A DNA stretch of 64,000 bases from Raillietiella orientalis (GCA_036172245.1 JAYWIR010000051.1:744001-808000), one strand, 5' to 3'. Positions 43,238 through 55,478 are shown, counted from the stretch's first letter. Program-made: numbers and translations. Notes: generated by a model not told the origin, from the letters alone.

Positions 43238-46027
43238 GACGAAGCCGGCGCACCTCCCCAGCCCTCCGTCATTCGGAAGCTGGACGAGGACGTCATCAAC
43301 CGCATCGCTGCCGGGGAAGTGATCCAGCGTCCCGCCAACGCGCTCAAGGAACTGTTAGAAAACAGGTATTCCCTCCTTTACCATTCCCGTCTCGCGCCTC
43401 AGCGCCCTCTCCCCCCCCCCCTCTCTCTCTCCCCCTTCCCTCCTTTCCTCTTATCATCGCCCAGCTTGGACGCGAAGGCCACGAGCGTGCAGATCACGCT
43501 GAAGAACGGAGGGTTGAAGTTCCTATCGGTCCAGGACAATGGCTCTGGCATCCGCGCGGAGGACCTGCCTATCCTGTGCTACCGCTTCACCACCAGCAAA
43601 CTGCGCTCCTTCGATGACTTGACCTCCATCTGCACCTACGGATTTCGGGGAGAAGCCCTCGCCAGCATCAGCCACGTCGCGCACGTCAGCGTGACCAGCA
43701 AGACCACTGACTCCAAGTGTGCCTACCGGTGGGTGTGGGCGGCGTTCCCGGAATGCAGTAGTGGCGTGACCGACCCTTCCTTCGCCTGTTCCAGAGCCTC
43801 TTACTCGAACGGACAGATGCTTGGCGACGCGCAGCCCTGCGCCGCCAACCAAGGGACCCTCATCCAGTACGAGGACCTCTTCTACAACGTGCCCGTGCGT
43901 CGCGCGGCGCTGCGCAGCGCGACGGAGGAACACTCCAGGGCTCTGGACGTAGTGACCCGCTACGCCGTTCACAACGCCTCCGTCAGCTTCGTGTTGAAGA
44001 AGCAGGGCGAGGGTACTGCCGAACTGCGCACCCCCGGCGGCGCCAATTGCGTGCCGCTGGACGGCATCCGCCTCCTCTACGGGACGAGCGTCGCCAGGTA
44101 GGAAGCTCGCGCGCTTGCGCACCGTGACCTCTCCGCCGCTCCTCCCGAACCTCGTCTCGCTGCTTTCTTCCCTCCCAGGGAGCTGCTGGAGGTGAGCCTG
44201 GAAAACGCGGACCTCCGCTACCGCATGGAGGCACTGGTGTCCAACGCCAACTACTCCCTGAAGAAGTTCGTGTTCCTCCTGTTCATCAACAACAGGCTGG
44301 TGGACTCCTCGGGTGAGTCGGACGCGAGGAGGGCGCGTACCCCTCCCCTTCCGGGAGGCAGTTCCCGGACGTGCGCCCCCTCTCGCAGCCCTGCGGAAGG
44401 CCCTCAGCTACACCTACGCCACCTACCTGCCGAAGGGCACTCACCCGTGGATCTACCTGAGCCTGCGCATCGACCCCAGCCACGTAGACGTCAACGTGCA
44501 CCCCACAAAGCACGAGGTGCGCTTCCTCCACGAGGACGCCATCCTGTCCCAGATACAGCACAAGATCGAGGAGCGCCTCCTGGGCGCGAACACCTCGAGG
44601 ACCTTCTACGTGCAGGTGCGGAGGGAGTACGCCTGTTCGCCCCTCACGGCGGGTTGTGGGGCTGCGCGTGTGTGCGTGCAGACCGTGCTGCCCCAGTCGT
44701 CCTCGTCGCAGACGACCCCCTCCTCCCAGCCGTCGCCGCAGACCTGCAGAGTGGCGGCAGCGGCGGAGAAGCCGGGTAGGGAAAAGCCGCCGCGGCCCTA
44801 CGCCCACTCTCTGGTGCGGACGGACAGTAGGGAGCAGAAGCTCGATCGCTTCCTGACCACCGCCGACGCGTCTCTTCCGCCCTTCTTCTCCCCCTCCTTT
44901 CCCGGCGGCGGGAGCTCCGATGACTGCGCAGCGGCGGCAGCAGCAGACGGGGGGGCTGCCTCGCGGCAACGGCCCGATCCCCCGGAGAGGTACGCGCAGG
45001 AGGAGGCGGGGGCGGCGGCCCGGGACATGCGGCGCCTGTTCCAGCGGCGAGCCCCGCCGTCGTGAGATCCGGCTGACCAGCGTCCTGCAGCTGAGGAAGG
45101 AGGTTGAGTCCCTCTGCAGCGGCGACCTCAGGACCGTCTTCCAGGGCCACACGTTTGTCGGGTGCGTGGATCCCCAGCTGTCCCTGGTCCAGCACAACAC
45201 CTTCCTCTACCTGTGCAACACGACGAGGTTGAGGTTGGCGTCCCCCCCCCCCTATTCTCCCCATCTCCCCCTTCTCCCTCTTTCCAGCGAGGAGCTGTTC
45301 TACCAAGTCATCCTGTCCGACTTCGGGAACTTCGGGCTGCTCCGGCTGGACGTGCGTGTCTCCCCCACCCCTCCCCCCGGTGCTCACGCGCCCCCTGCTT
45401 TGCAGCCCCCCGCCTCGCTCTCGGAGCTGGCCAGGTTCGGCCTGGACGACCCGTCTGCTGGCTGGGAGGAGTCCCACGGCTCCAAAGAGGAACTGTCCGC
45501 CTACATCGTCTCGTTTCTCCTGTCGAAGGCCGAGATGCTGGACGACTACTTCTCCCTGCAGATCGACCGGGAGGGCCTGCTGGTCGCCCTGCCGATGCTC
45601 CTCGGTAAGCCAGGGGATCCCCCCCCCGCAAGTCTCTCGGAAGCGTGGGAGACGCAATACGGTCCCGCCTTGCAGAAGACCATGTTCCCAGCTTCGAAGA
45701 TCTCCCATCCTTCGTCCTGAGGCTTTCCACCGAGGTCGACTGGGACTCTGAGAAGGAGTGCTTCCAGTCCCTAGCACGCGAGATTGCCCGCCTCTACTCC
45801 GTGAAGAGCGCCTCCAGCCAGGTGCGTACGTGCGGTCCGGGGAGCTGCATCCCTCCCTCGCACCCCCGCCCTCTGACGCCCTTTTGCAGTGGCAGTGGAT
45901 GACGGAGAACGTGGTGTATCCCCGCCTGAAGCAGGCCTTCCTCCCACCTGCCCTGCTCGCGAAGGACGGCAGCGTCCTGCAGATCGCCAATTTGCACGAC
46001 CTGTACAAAGTTTTCGAGAGGTGCTGA
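43238..46027 (+). CDS. MLH1: DNA mismatch repair protein MLH1 (11 visible exons; initiation codon not found)
   Basis: [86 protein letters not shown] and the diagnostic C-terminus DLYKVFERC*. Ten GT-AG introns were mapped. AATAAA at 46044-46049. Confidence 0.97.
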
Positions 46028-46973
46028 CGTCACTTCTCCGAACAATAAAGCTGAAGGGCCCGCGCCTCCCAGAGGGAGCGCGGCGTCTCCGCCTCCTCTC
46101 TCTGACCCCACGCCTCGAACCGGCGGGCGGCCCCCTGGCCCCGCCGGATGGATGGGGGTCTGCCGGTACCGCCCCTTGCCCGCACGGAATTCCACACGTC
46201 CGGCGAGGGGAATACGAGGAAGTCGGAGGACGACACCGGAAGCCAGAGAGGGGTGGAGGGAAGCGACTACAGTGGCGGCATCGCCAATCGATCCCTTCCG
46301 CCTTGCAACACTCGAGCAGGTAGTATCAGGTCGAGCAGTAGTTCCCAGAACGGAACGGTCCAGGCCGGAATTGTTCCCGCTTTCCCGGAAAAGTCGGTCC
46401 CCCTGCGCTGCCGCTACCTCCGTCGGACGGGCCAGCGCTCGGGGGAAGGTCGCGTCGAAGAAAGAAGGGCGCACTCCATTCGGAAAAGCCTCGTCACTTC
46501 TCCGGAAACCCAAACGAGTGCATCCCGAAGGAGTTTCCACCCGGATTCCGGGTCTCCCGAGTTCGGGGGGGGGGGGGAGGAACACATCGCAACAGCCCGG
46601 GTTGGTTTCCTAAGGGAAGTGCGCTCAAGTCCTCATGGGGTGCATGCGGGCTTGGGCCAGGCGTACGCGCATGCCATCAAGCGTCGCGAGTTCGACTCAC
46701 CCCACCGAGAATCCCAGTTGGGGCGTTCCAATTCTCCCCGCCAGATGACTCTGGGATGGCTCAGGCTTAAGGTGTGCGTTGGTAGGGAGTCCCATGGTAC
46801 GCGATGAAGACGTCTTCCTCCTCGTAGAGGGACGTCTCTATCTTCACAACCTGAGGGGAACCTCGAAGGACTCCTTGGTTCCTAGAAGGACCCCGAATCC
46901 CGGCCACTCAACGGGAGCTTTCGGTTCCACCTGTGACGCACCCGAAGCCTACAGGCCAGCCAGCGCCATCCTG

Positions 46974-47095
46974 CGTTGGGGACTCGAAACTCACGACGCT
47001 CGGTGAAATCCTTCCCCGGGTGGGATTCGAACCCGCAACGCTCGGTGCCACGTGCGGAGATCGCAGCCACGCGGGGGCAAGGTCCTTCCCGGGAA
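46974..47095 (-). repeat. Degenerate tRNA-derived (SINE-like/pseudo-tRNA) fragments, two tandem T-arm/B-box copies
   Basis: The minus strand carries gcgggttcgaatcccacccggg (canonical GGTTCGAATCC B-box/T-arm) and a second decayed copy (gtgagtttcgagtcccc) about 45 nt away. Both share the flank ccgagcgt. No intact D-arm or anticodon arm. Confidence 0.5.
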
Positions 47096-47899
47096 TACAG
47101 AGGGCAGCTCATTTCTGGGTTCCCCCCAAAGAGAAAAATAGAAAATGAACTTCTTCCGAGATCCTTCCTAGGTTGCATGGTGGTCTTTCCAGGATTTTGT
47201 CCTCACCGCTTCACGCGCACCCTGGATGGCAGAAAAAAACATCAGCCGCTCCTGCTTGGGAGTCGACGACAGATAAGTGACGTCAGGGCTCACAGGTAGC
47301 TCGATCGGGCTTCAACAACTGTTGGGTACGTCCTGAAGGTCATCCAAGACGGATGACCTTCAGTGTACTTGAAAGACTCCCCGCAGCGAGAACCGGCCGC
47401 CGGCGAACGTGAAATCTGCGAGAGCGAATGCGGTCAAGCAGTGGCTTGTGCTCAGCAGGAGCGGCATCACGCGGGAGGCCAGTTTCCGCTTCGGAGCAGC
47501 AGTGGCCGGGATCCAGAAAGGGCACGGAAGCGGAAAGCTGCAGGTAGCAAGGGCTCCACGGCGGACCCCGGTGACACCCGGAACATTGCGCGTAGGTCAG
47601 GCGCCTCGAGGCAAGATGGTCATCCCGTGCGGAAGGTTTCCACGACTCCGCAGTGTGCACGTTGCCAGATTCTGCTGCAAGCAGGCGGGTCGGGCCGGAA
47701 GAGGCCTCGCTGCACCACGATCAAGATGGCAACGTGACGGAAGCTCACAGAAATAAGAACGAGGAGAGAAGGAAGGAAAGACGGTGGAAGCCGAGATTTC
47801 GAAATTTTCTCTGGAAAGCCATTTCCACCCCCAACTCCCATCCCAAAAATCCCTCCACCTTCTGGGGTCTTAGCAGAGTCCTTGGGCGTAGCTTCGCTC

Positions 47900-48700
47900 G
47901 GTCAGCCATGTCATGCCCCGTGATGCGATAAGCTTGGCGATCGGCGTGTGATAATCTTCCACCCTTCCACCTCTTCACGGCGATGCAGCAAGGGGCTCAT
48001 GCGTTGGTGAGGACCCACCCACGCATCCCGGGTAGCAGGATCAAAATCTTCTCAAACATCTTCCGAATTGAGCACCGCCGGTCTTCATCACCCGAACAGG
48101 CATTGGTAGCTATGCGTGGAAGCCGAGCCCCCACAGTCGAAACATTCGAGAAGTTTCCATGGGGCCGAAAGCTCATCCGAGAGCAGCCACAGGTATTCGA
48201 TTTGCCTGTGGACGACCTCAGACGTACCGAAAATCGGCGGACGGACCCGATAGGCGCACGCGAAGAAGGAAGGAACTGATAGGCATTGCTGACAAGCACG
48301 GCTGGGCTTTCCTTTTGTGGATTTCCGTTGCATGCGCCCCACTCGCTTTGCTGGGTCAAGCTGCGTCGCGAGGTGAAGTCAAAGAGGCTTGAGAAGGAGG
48401 TCTAGACAGAGGCTCCGACGACGGAGTCCTTTCTAACTCCGGCGTACGGGGGCAACTAACTTGACAGAATTTTATCGGGGGGGAGAGGGGGTGGAAAGGT
48501 GGCACTTTTTCTTCTCTAAAACTTCAAACAGAGGTGCGCCTTACACACCGACAAGACGCGTGCGCTTTGGTGCCTTACCGGAACATGCAGCTGGCATCCT
48601 TGACACGGACTTCCTCTTCCAATCACACATACATGAGGTGACTGGCCTACAACATCCGCAGGTCTCATGCAACATAGACCGACTGATCTGAGGAGAAGAT
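47900..48700 (+). mobile_element. Decayed non-LTR retrotransposon RT relic
   Basis: RTHPRIPGSRIKIFSNIF..SPEQ..RGSRAPT..LPVDDLRR (cf. YRPISL...KIFE..Q.GFR..RST..vD..KAFD), NSGVRG at 48435 and AGILDTDFLFQSHI (cf. LGv.lD..L.f..Hi). Confidence 0.5.
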
Positions 48701-50468
48701 ATCAGCTCTAGTGGGAAAGAAAAGATGGGGAGACAAAGCGGGTTCTATGTGAACAAGAAAACAGAACTCTTACCTCATGGTGGTCACCAAAAGCAAGGAA
48801 CTGCGAGGGAAAAAGCTGCCGGGGTGACCCCATTCTTCCACCTAATGCCTCTGTCAAGAGTGGAATGGTTGGAAAGAGGAAAGAACCGGAACCATCTGGG
48901 AGAGGGAACAAACATCCTCCGCTAAGTGCAGCCATAACATCCAGATGGAAAGGTGCAAAGGTGTGTTTCGCATTTCTTTTCTCATGGAAAAATTCTATCT
49001 GATTCTAATATTACATACTTCGCTCGTTCAGAGCAAGAAGCATGAATTATTAGAAACTTTCGAAGAAATCCGTTATTCGTGAAATGGGGATGTAGCTGCA
49101 AGGGGAGCATGTAACAAAGTCTTCAATGGAAACAGAATCCTATGGCTAGTGTATACTGTAACATCTTCAATAGAGTTAAACAGAGAGACGTTTGTTTTAC
49201 CTGTTTGTTCATGCTAAATAGCATTGTGGAAACGTAACGAGCATCTGGGGTCCGTAGGGTCCCTATCTGATAGCGGAGAACACATGAATGATTTCTAGAA
49301 AAAGCAACTTTTTAAAGTGATTGCATCAGTTTACCCTCTCTGAGTTCTAAAAGTAATGTCACCCAAAAAATGAAACCACGGGAAACTCTCATGATTAAAT
49401 GAGTACGAAATCATCAAGACTATCGGATGCGATCTGATGGCGTGAAAAAAGAGACGTGAATATTTTGTTTGGAGAACACGACACTTGTACCAAAGATGTA
49501 TAACAACTTTAAGGGAATGTAGTTAATTGATATCTTTTGGAAAAAACACACGAAAAAGTAGCGCAGTCAATTTCACTGAACCGCTCATTACATAAAGCAT
49601 CGAATAATCACTAATCTTTGAACTTGGGATCCAATCTATCCTCAAGCAGAGGACTAAGGTCTTGAAGAATCCATCGAATTCATTGTATTTTAACATTCCA
49701 TAGATCCGTTTGTATGAAAGCATTTTGACCCTTTTTTTTTTCTTCTTCAAATTGCTGAGCATTTAGGAAAAAAAATTATCTGACAATTGTAGAATTTGAG
49801 AACCATACCGGTTTCCATTAATCTGGTTTTTATCTGATTTAAGTTCATTTAGATCAGCGGTTATTGAAATTGAAAAGCATTAAAAAGCTCTCTCATAGCT
49901 TTCTAAATCAAATATAGCTTGATCTTCTCTCCTTATTGATAGTCTTGATTTGCTTAGAGTATCGGGAACCTTCAATAACAACAAATTTATGATTGAGGAA
50001 ATGATAACAAAGAAAAAATAGAATGGCATTTGCTGTGCCAGCTTACTTTTCGTTGAATTTTCGTTGAAAAATGAATTCTTTGGGAAAAGATACTTTTAGG
50101 CTTTCGTTCATTGTTCCCGAGCCTGGTCGCTCTGAATCTAATTAATAGAAATTTGTTGCTATTTTTTTAATTTAAGGAGAATGCCTTAAATTTATTTTCA
50201 GCAATGAATCACACTCTTCAAAAAGAGGGAGGGGGAGAGGGAGAGAAAGAAATAAAGAAAAGAAAAAAAAAAAAAACAATTTTACAGCTTAAGCGATGTA
50301 AATTTAGGATTTGCCTGTAGACGCATCCATCCTATCGATTCTCTTTATGTTGTAGGTGGAATGTGTGAGGTTGCTTGTAGTCGAAACTCGTGCTGTTATG
50401 GGTTCGTACAATGATGTGTGTCAATTATAAGATTAAAGAATATAGATACTTTCTTTAAATTTGATGAC

Positions 50469-52232
50469 ATGACGTCACCAAAGTGTCACTCAAGTGTGCT
50501 TAGCCAGAAGCAGCTACTGAAGGAATTTTGTACCATAACAGGTCAGTGTTTTAGAAGTTGTATCGAATGCTGCAAAGTTTTATCTAGTAAAAGTATTTAT
50601 TCTGTGCAGCATTTTTGAAAAGTAACGCTTAAAAAGAACAATTGCTACGATAGCAATGATTTGAGTAGTTGGGCTCCATAATATTATATGATTAAATTTC
50701 ACAGTGTTATTCACAGTTTAAATACTTTACCTGGGTTTTGGAATGTGCATTATATTTTTATTTTTATGTTTATGTGTGTTAGTTTGTAGAATGCAAGCAC
50801 AAAGCACCTTTTTATAATTTTTAGGATCCACAAAAGTGGTAGCAAAGAGCATGTTAGATGCTTGTAATGGAGATCTCAATCTTGCTATTTCCATTCACAT
50901 GGATAACTGTCTTCCAAGTACATCTGTAGATGAGCAAAGTGCTGTTTGGCATGAAGAAACTGATAATGTTCGAGCACCGATACCACCTACACAGGAAGTT
51001 CTTGTTGATGATGACAACTGGAACTTTCCATCAAAACGCAGAAAAGGGCATTTAGTATGTGATAGTTTTCGTGATTTCCATGCTGAAGCAAGTAGGTATG
51101 GATTAAATCTTAGTGCAATCGGTATTAAGGAGTTCCCCAGAAAAACAGGAGGAAATGCTTCAAGGAATGCATAAGCCCACCTCCAAAAAATTGTGCACAC
51201 TTGATGATCTTTTTCGACCACCACTTGATCTTATATTTCCTGGAAGCTTTCAAATGGCACGTGATGCAGGCATAGCAAGGAGTAAGTGGTTGATGGTGAA
51301 CATCCAGAATTCCAAAGAATTCTGCTGCCAGATTTTGAATCGAGATGTTTGGTCCAATGCAACTGTAAAAGCATTGATTAGGGAGCACTTTATTTTTTGG
51401 CAGGTTAGCCACACTGTTCTTTAGAGCTTGATGATTGAATTTCATTGAATTAGGTGTATCATGATAGCACCGAAGGAGACCGTTATGCTTTATTTTATAA
51501 TATAACAAAATGGCCACATGTAGCCATTTTGGATGCACGAACAGGAGAGAGACTAATGATACTGAATAAGGTGGATGCAGTCACTTTTTGTGATGCAGTT
51601 TCTGAGTTTCTTCAAGAACATATTCCTGGGAGCCCTTCTGGGAATGGTCCTATCAAATCTGAGGTGAGACTTGATTTTTTATAGGATGACATGATTGCAT
51701 ATGTAGGTTTCCATAACAAAATGTGATGATGCAGATACAGAGGAAAAGTCTGCATTGCCAGTGCCAGTTTCCATGAATGCTGGTACTTCTCATTTGTCTG
51801 AGAGCTCTGATGAACTGGAGACATTTGGCTCTGACAATGAACAAGATGCTCCCAAAGAAATTGATTCAAGCACTGCATTTAATGAATGGACAGATGCAAC
51901 TCAGAATACAGGTACATACTGTTGGATAAGGAAAAATTGATTCTCTGTAGATTCCAAGACTCAGCTAATCTTGCGATATCCAGATGGCCACAGAGATAAG
52001 CTAATGTTGCCATGCCACACCAAGCTTCAAGTAAGTGGAACATAACTCTTACATGTACATTTTTGCATGCCAGGCCTTAATTGCATATGTACAAGATAAA
52101 GGATACAATAGCCAACAATTTGAACTGGTTGCAAACTTTCCCAGACGCAATCTTAGCAAGCTAGATGTACACCTAACACTTAAAGAGTCTGGATTATATC
52201 CTCAAGAGACTGTGTTTATTCAGAGGTCTTAA
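50469..52232 (+). CDS. UBXN7: UBX domain-containing protein 7 (UBA-UAS-UBX), p97 cofactor
   Basis: UBA-like domain (EFCTITG..AKSMLDACNGDLNLAI); VRAPIPPTQEVL; TLDDLFRPPLDL; UAS (KWLMVNIQNSKEFCCQILNRDVWSN..EHFIFWQVYHDSTEG..PHVAILDARTGE); UBX (LRYPDG..NFPRR..TLKESGLYPQETVFIQ). Confidence 0.95.
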
Positions 52233-52327
52233 TCAGTAAACAACACATGCTGTTGGTTCTCAGCTTGGAAGAGATATAAGAATCACTGCCCTATTTATTG
52301 CAGAAACATGACTGCCATTAAATGTGA

Positions 52328-53914
52328 TTATCTCAAAGGAAAATACATGTGGAAGCTGGGAGGGTACCTGGATCTTGGCAACCTCCAGGGGAAGAGCAAA
52401 CGCATTTCTTCTCTCACATGTTGATGATGGTGCAAGGAATGTCGTTTTCTTCTGAAGATCAGATGCTGCTGATACAAGTTTTGATACAATTGTTTCCAGT
52501 TATGAATTGTTCCTAGCTGTGCACTTTCCCGAGCAAAATCCCGAATCACAAGTCTATTCCACAAACATTCATCCTTATGAATCCACTGGAAATGCCAACT
52601 GGTGGCAGATAGGTGCACTATACTGACAACATCTAGATACAGAATGACCAATAGAGTAATTTCGTGAGGTAAACCAGGTAGTCCTAGAAGAGGTAATCCT
52701 GCACATTCTCTCTGCTTTTGTTTTATAGGAAATGCAATGCAGTTTTTAAAGTTGAGAGACAACAATGACAAATTTTGAAATGAAGATGCTGGTTGCATGC
52801 TTTTTCCTTCTCTCAGGTACATGTTCATCGATGCCGTATATTGGCAATGAATGTGTGATGCTGTTCCTAATAAAATATAGTGAATCACAAAACCACACAA
52901 AATTGTTTAACAAACCATGAATAATTAGCTTATTTCTCATTGGAATGATGTGCAGATAGCATGTGGATTCTGGAAGCCATTCAGTTATATAACTAATGCT
53001 ATAATAATCTGCATGTTTCCACTGGGTTAACACTTCCTGCTTTTGGGGTTGAAAACCACTTTCCAACATCAAACAGTGGCACACAATGACAAGTTTGTCA
53101 CAACTACTTAAGTCACTGGATTGTTGTAGCAGTGTTTCCAGGTGAAAGGGCAACTTCTCACATGTACTTTCATGTACCAGAATAGGTTCTTCTAAACATC
53201 TACAGATACAATCTGGCATACAGTGAAAGCAACATATATGGTTATATATGTAAAGTACCCATTTAAATATGGAAAGCAGATTGTGTGTCTTAATTGAGAT
53301 ACCTGTTCATTATGGATTGTCCCTTTGGTCCAGTGACTGTATTCATTGACTGGATCAACACAATGCTTGATTCATCAGTTTCTGATGGTTTGCGCTCTTC
53401 AGTAGGTTGCACATTCGGTTCACACAATTCATTTATGACCCAGATTAAGTCACCAGATACAAGACCTAAATCTTTAACCACAGCGCAATCAGAAGCCTGT
53501 ATGGGAGTTCTGCCATCAAGACTTATCACCAACTCCGAACTAGATATAAAATTATCCAATCATAAAAATTATTTTGCATTTCTTTGTCAGGGTGCCACTT
53601 TATTACATGGGCTATTGTACTGAAAGGCATCAAATGCTTATCAATCAGACAGTTTCTGAATAAGAACTAGCATTCTCTGAAGCAAAACCGGTATATTCCC
53701 TTTAAGCATCCCCATACGTATCCACCCAAGCATGGTTCATGTGGGCATCAACTCTTTGTAGTAATGCAAGAAAAAAACGTATTTACCTTTGCATGCGCGG
53801 CGAAAGTTTGTTTATCTTTTCCGCTATTGCTGCTTTCAGTTCCAGCAGGGTCGGATTATTTTCCAGCGTCACACTGGCACTTTGCTTGCACGGGAATTTC
53901 ACCCTAAACTTCAT
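52328..53914 (-). CDS. FBXO7: F-box only protein 7 / nutcracker-like (Ubl-FP-F-box-Pro-rich)
   Basis: Ubl-like N-terminus MKFRVK..LKAAI..ISLDG..DLGLVSGDLIWV; FP/PI31-like domain DKLVIVCHCLMLESGF..W..YSISY; F-box GLPGLPHEITLLVILYLDVVSIVHLSATS..LWNRLVIRDF..NWKQLY. Four exons. Confidence 0.85.
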
Positions 53915-55314
53915 TTCGATGCTTCAGCAGATGCACGCAGAATTTTGTTATCCGATCGTAGCGTAGATACGCGCTGTCTTGATTTGTCTTTTGGCTTCAG
54001 CACGGGTGGGCACCCGTGTCAAACCGTGCCTTCCTGAAGGGGACTCGCAGCATTTGGCATCAATCTGCTTCTCCTGCCCACGAAAATTTTTTCAAACCAC
54101 AAACCAAGGCATCAGTGTGGCATCCCCGACTGCTCTCACGACATGCTTGCACTACGGACTCTCGTTTAACGTGGCCCTCGGACAGCAAGCTCCTGAACTA
54201 CGTGGGGCCGGGCAGAAAAACTATCAAAGTGGGCTTACGAGGGAGGAGGGAAAAAAAAGGAAGATTGCCTGGGCAAAGACCCGGGCGTGGTAAAGCGGTA
54301 GCCGCTCTCCCTGCACCACCTGCTCGATCTGGGACGGTGGAGAATCGATAGGCACTTGGCTCAAGAGGCAAAACGGCCTACTCGTTCCCCTACTATTAGT
54401 GAATAGGGCTGCATCGCAACAGGGCGAGGTGTCTGAACGAAACTTTGGGTGCGTCTTCGTCATGACATGGATTTTCAAGTCAACTCGTGCATGCATAATA
54501 ACTCTTAAAGAATAAGTAACTCGTGAACTGGTTCCAACTAAGAAAAGTAATCCTCAGAAATGTGAAATTGAAGTCACATAAAGTGGCTGTCTGCGACTGT
54601 CGTTCCTTACAAACTGCAAAGCAAATTCGATAACATAAACACATAAAATGTGTAAAATAGGAAAATGACGGGAGGGCGGGAAGGGGGATGCAGAGTATTA
54701 ATTTAAATATGTGCAACTAGTAAATTCTAATCTAATACTAGCTTAGGAGGAAATGTAACGATCGCCAAATTTTCCTTACCTTATATATGAGAACGATAAA
54801 AGCTAGACAGGACTATTTTTGTTGATATTGCTAGATCAAAAAAGTCATTAAAGGAATTCGAAAAAAAGAAAAGCACGCGTCCACAACCTTGGAACATGAC
54901 CTTTTAAAAGTTAAGAAGAAAAAAGTACACACACTTTAGGGCATGTAGTTTTTCCCCTTGTTTTGCATCTACTAAGTATTTTCTTTTTCCAATATGTTCC
55001 CTGCTGAAATCTAAAAGTGTGCCGTTCTAGAGATTTTATTTTCGCCTTTATTTTGCTTCCTCGTCACAGAATTTCAATAAAAGCTTCGATAAATTCGCTG
55101 CTTTGAAAAATATTGCTCACAGAAAACTCAGTTGAAGCAACTGAATGAAGCCGAAAAACAGAAACTAGTAAGTGAAAATTTGAAATGAGTGCGAGTACTG
55201 ACAAACTGGTTTTTGTGTCCTAGTTGAAAATATGGACTAGACGGACCCGTCGAAAAGAATAATCTGCAAATTATCAGCAGGTTCCGATATTCGTAACTCG
55301 ATAAATGACTCAAG

Positions 55315-55478
55315 TAACAACATGCAAAAATAATGTATTGTCTTGCGATTAAATGATGTGTGGTAAACTAATACATGTGTATACATACACATCACACTTT
55401 GTTTTTTAACCGTGAAATATATGAGTTTACCACACATCATTTAATCGCAAGACATGACATTATTTTTGCATGTTATTA
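55315..55478. mobile_element. Fold-back / MITE-like element with ~59-bp terminal inverted repeats
   Basis: Arm 55315-55373 matches the reverse complement of 55420-55478 with about 4 mismatches; spacer about 46 nt; TA at both ends. Confidence 0.7.

Noticed and set aside
44644..46008. 454-aa minus-strand ORF (and 44286-45200, 43523-44122) antisense to MLH1
   Set aside because: These are shadow ORFs expected opposite a GC3-rich gene; they are Arg/Gly/Pro-rich with no recognisable domain.
43238..46027. Horizontal transfer or bacterial contamination as the cause of GC-rich MLH1
   Set aside because: It has ten spliceosomal introns and the eukaryotic FERC C-terminus, and the adjacent native PLOD exons share the same composition.
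47010..47095. Functional tRNA gene
   Set aside because: Only the T-arm/B-box is recognisable; a D-arm and anticodon arm could not be folded.
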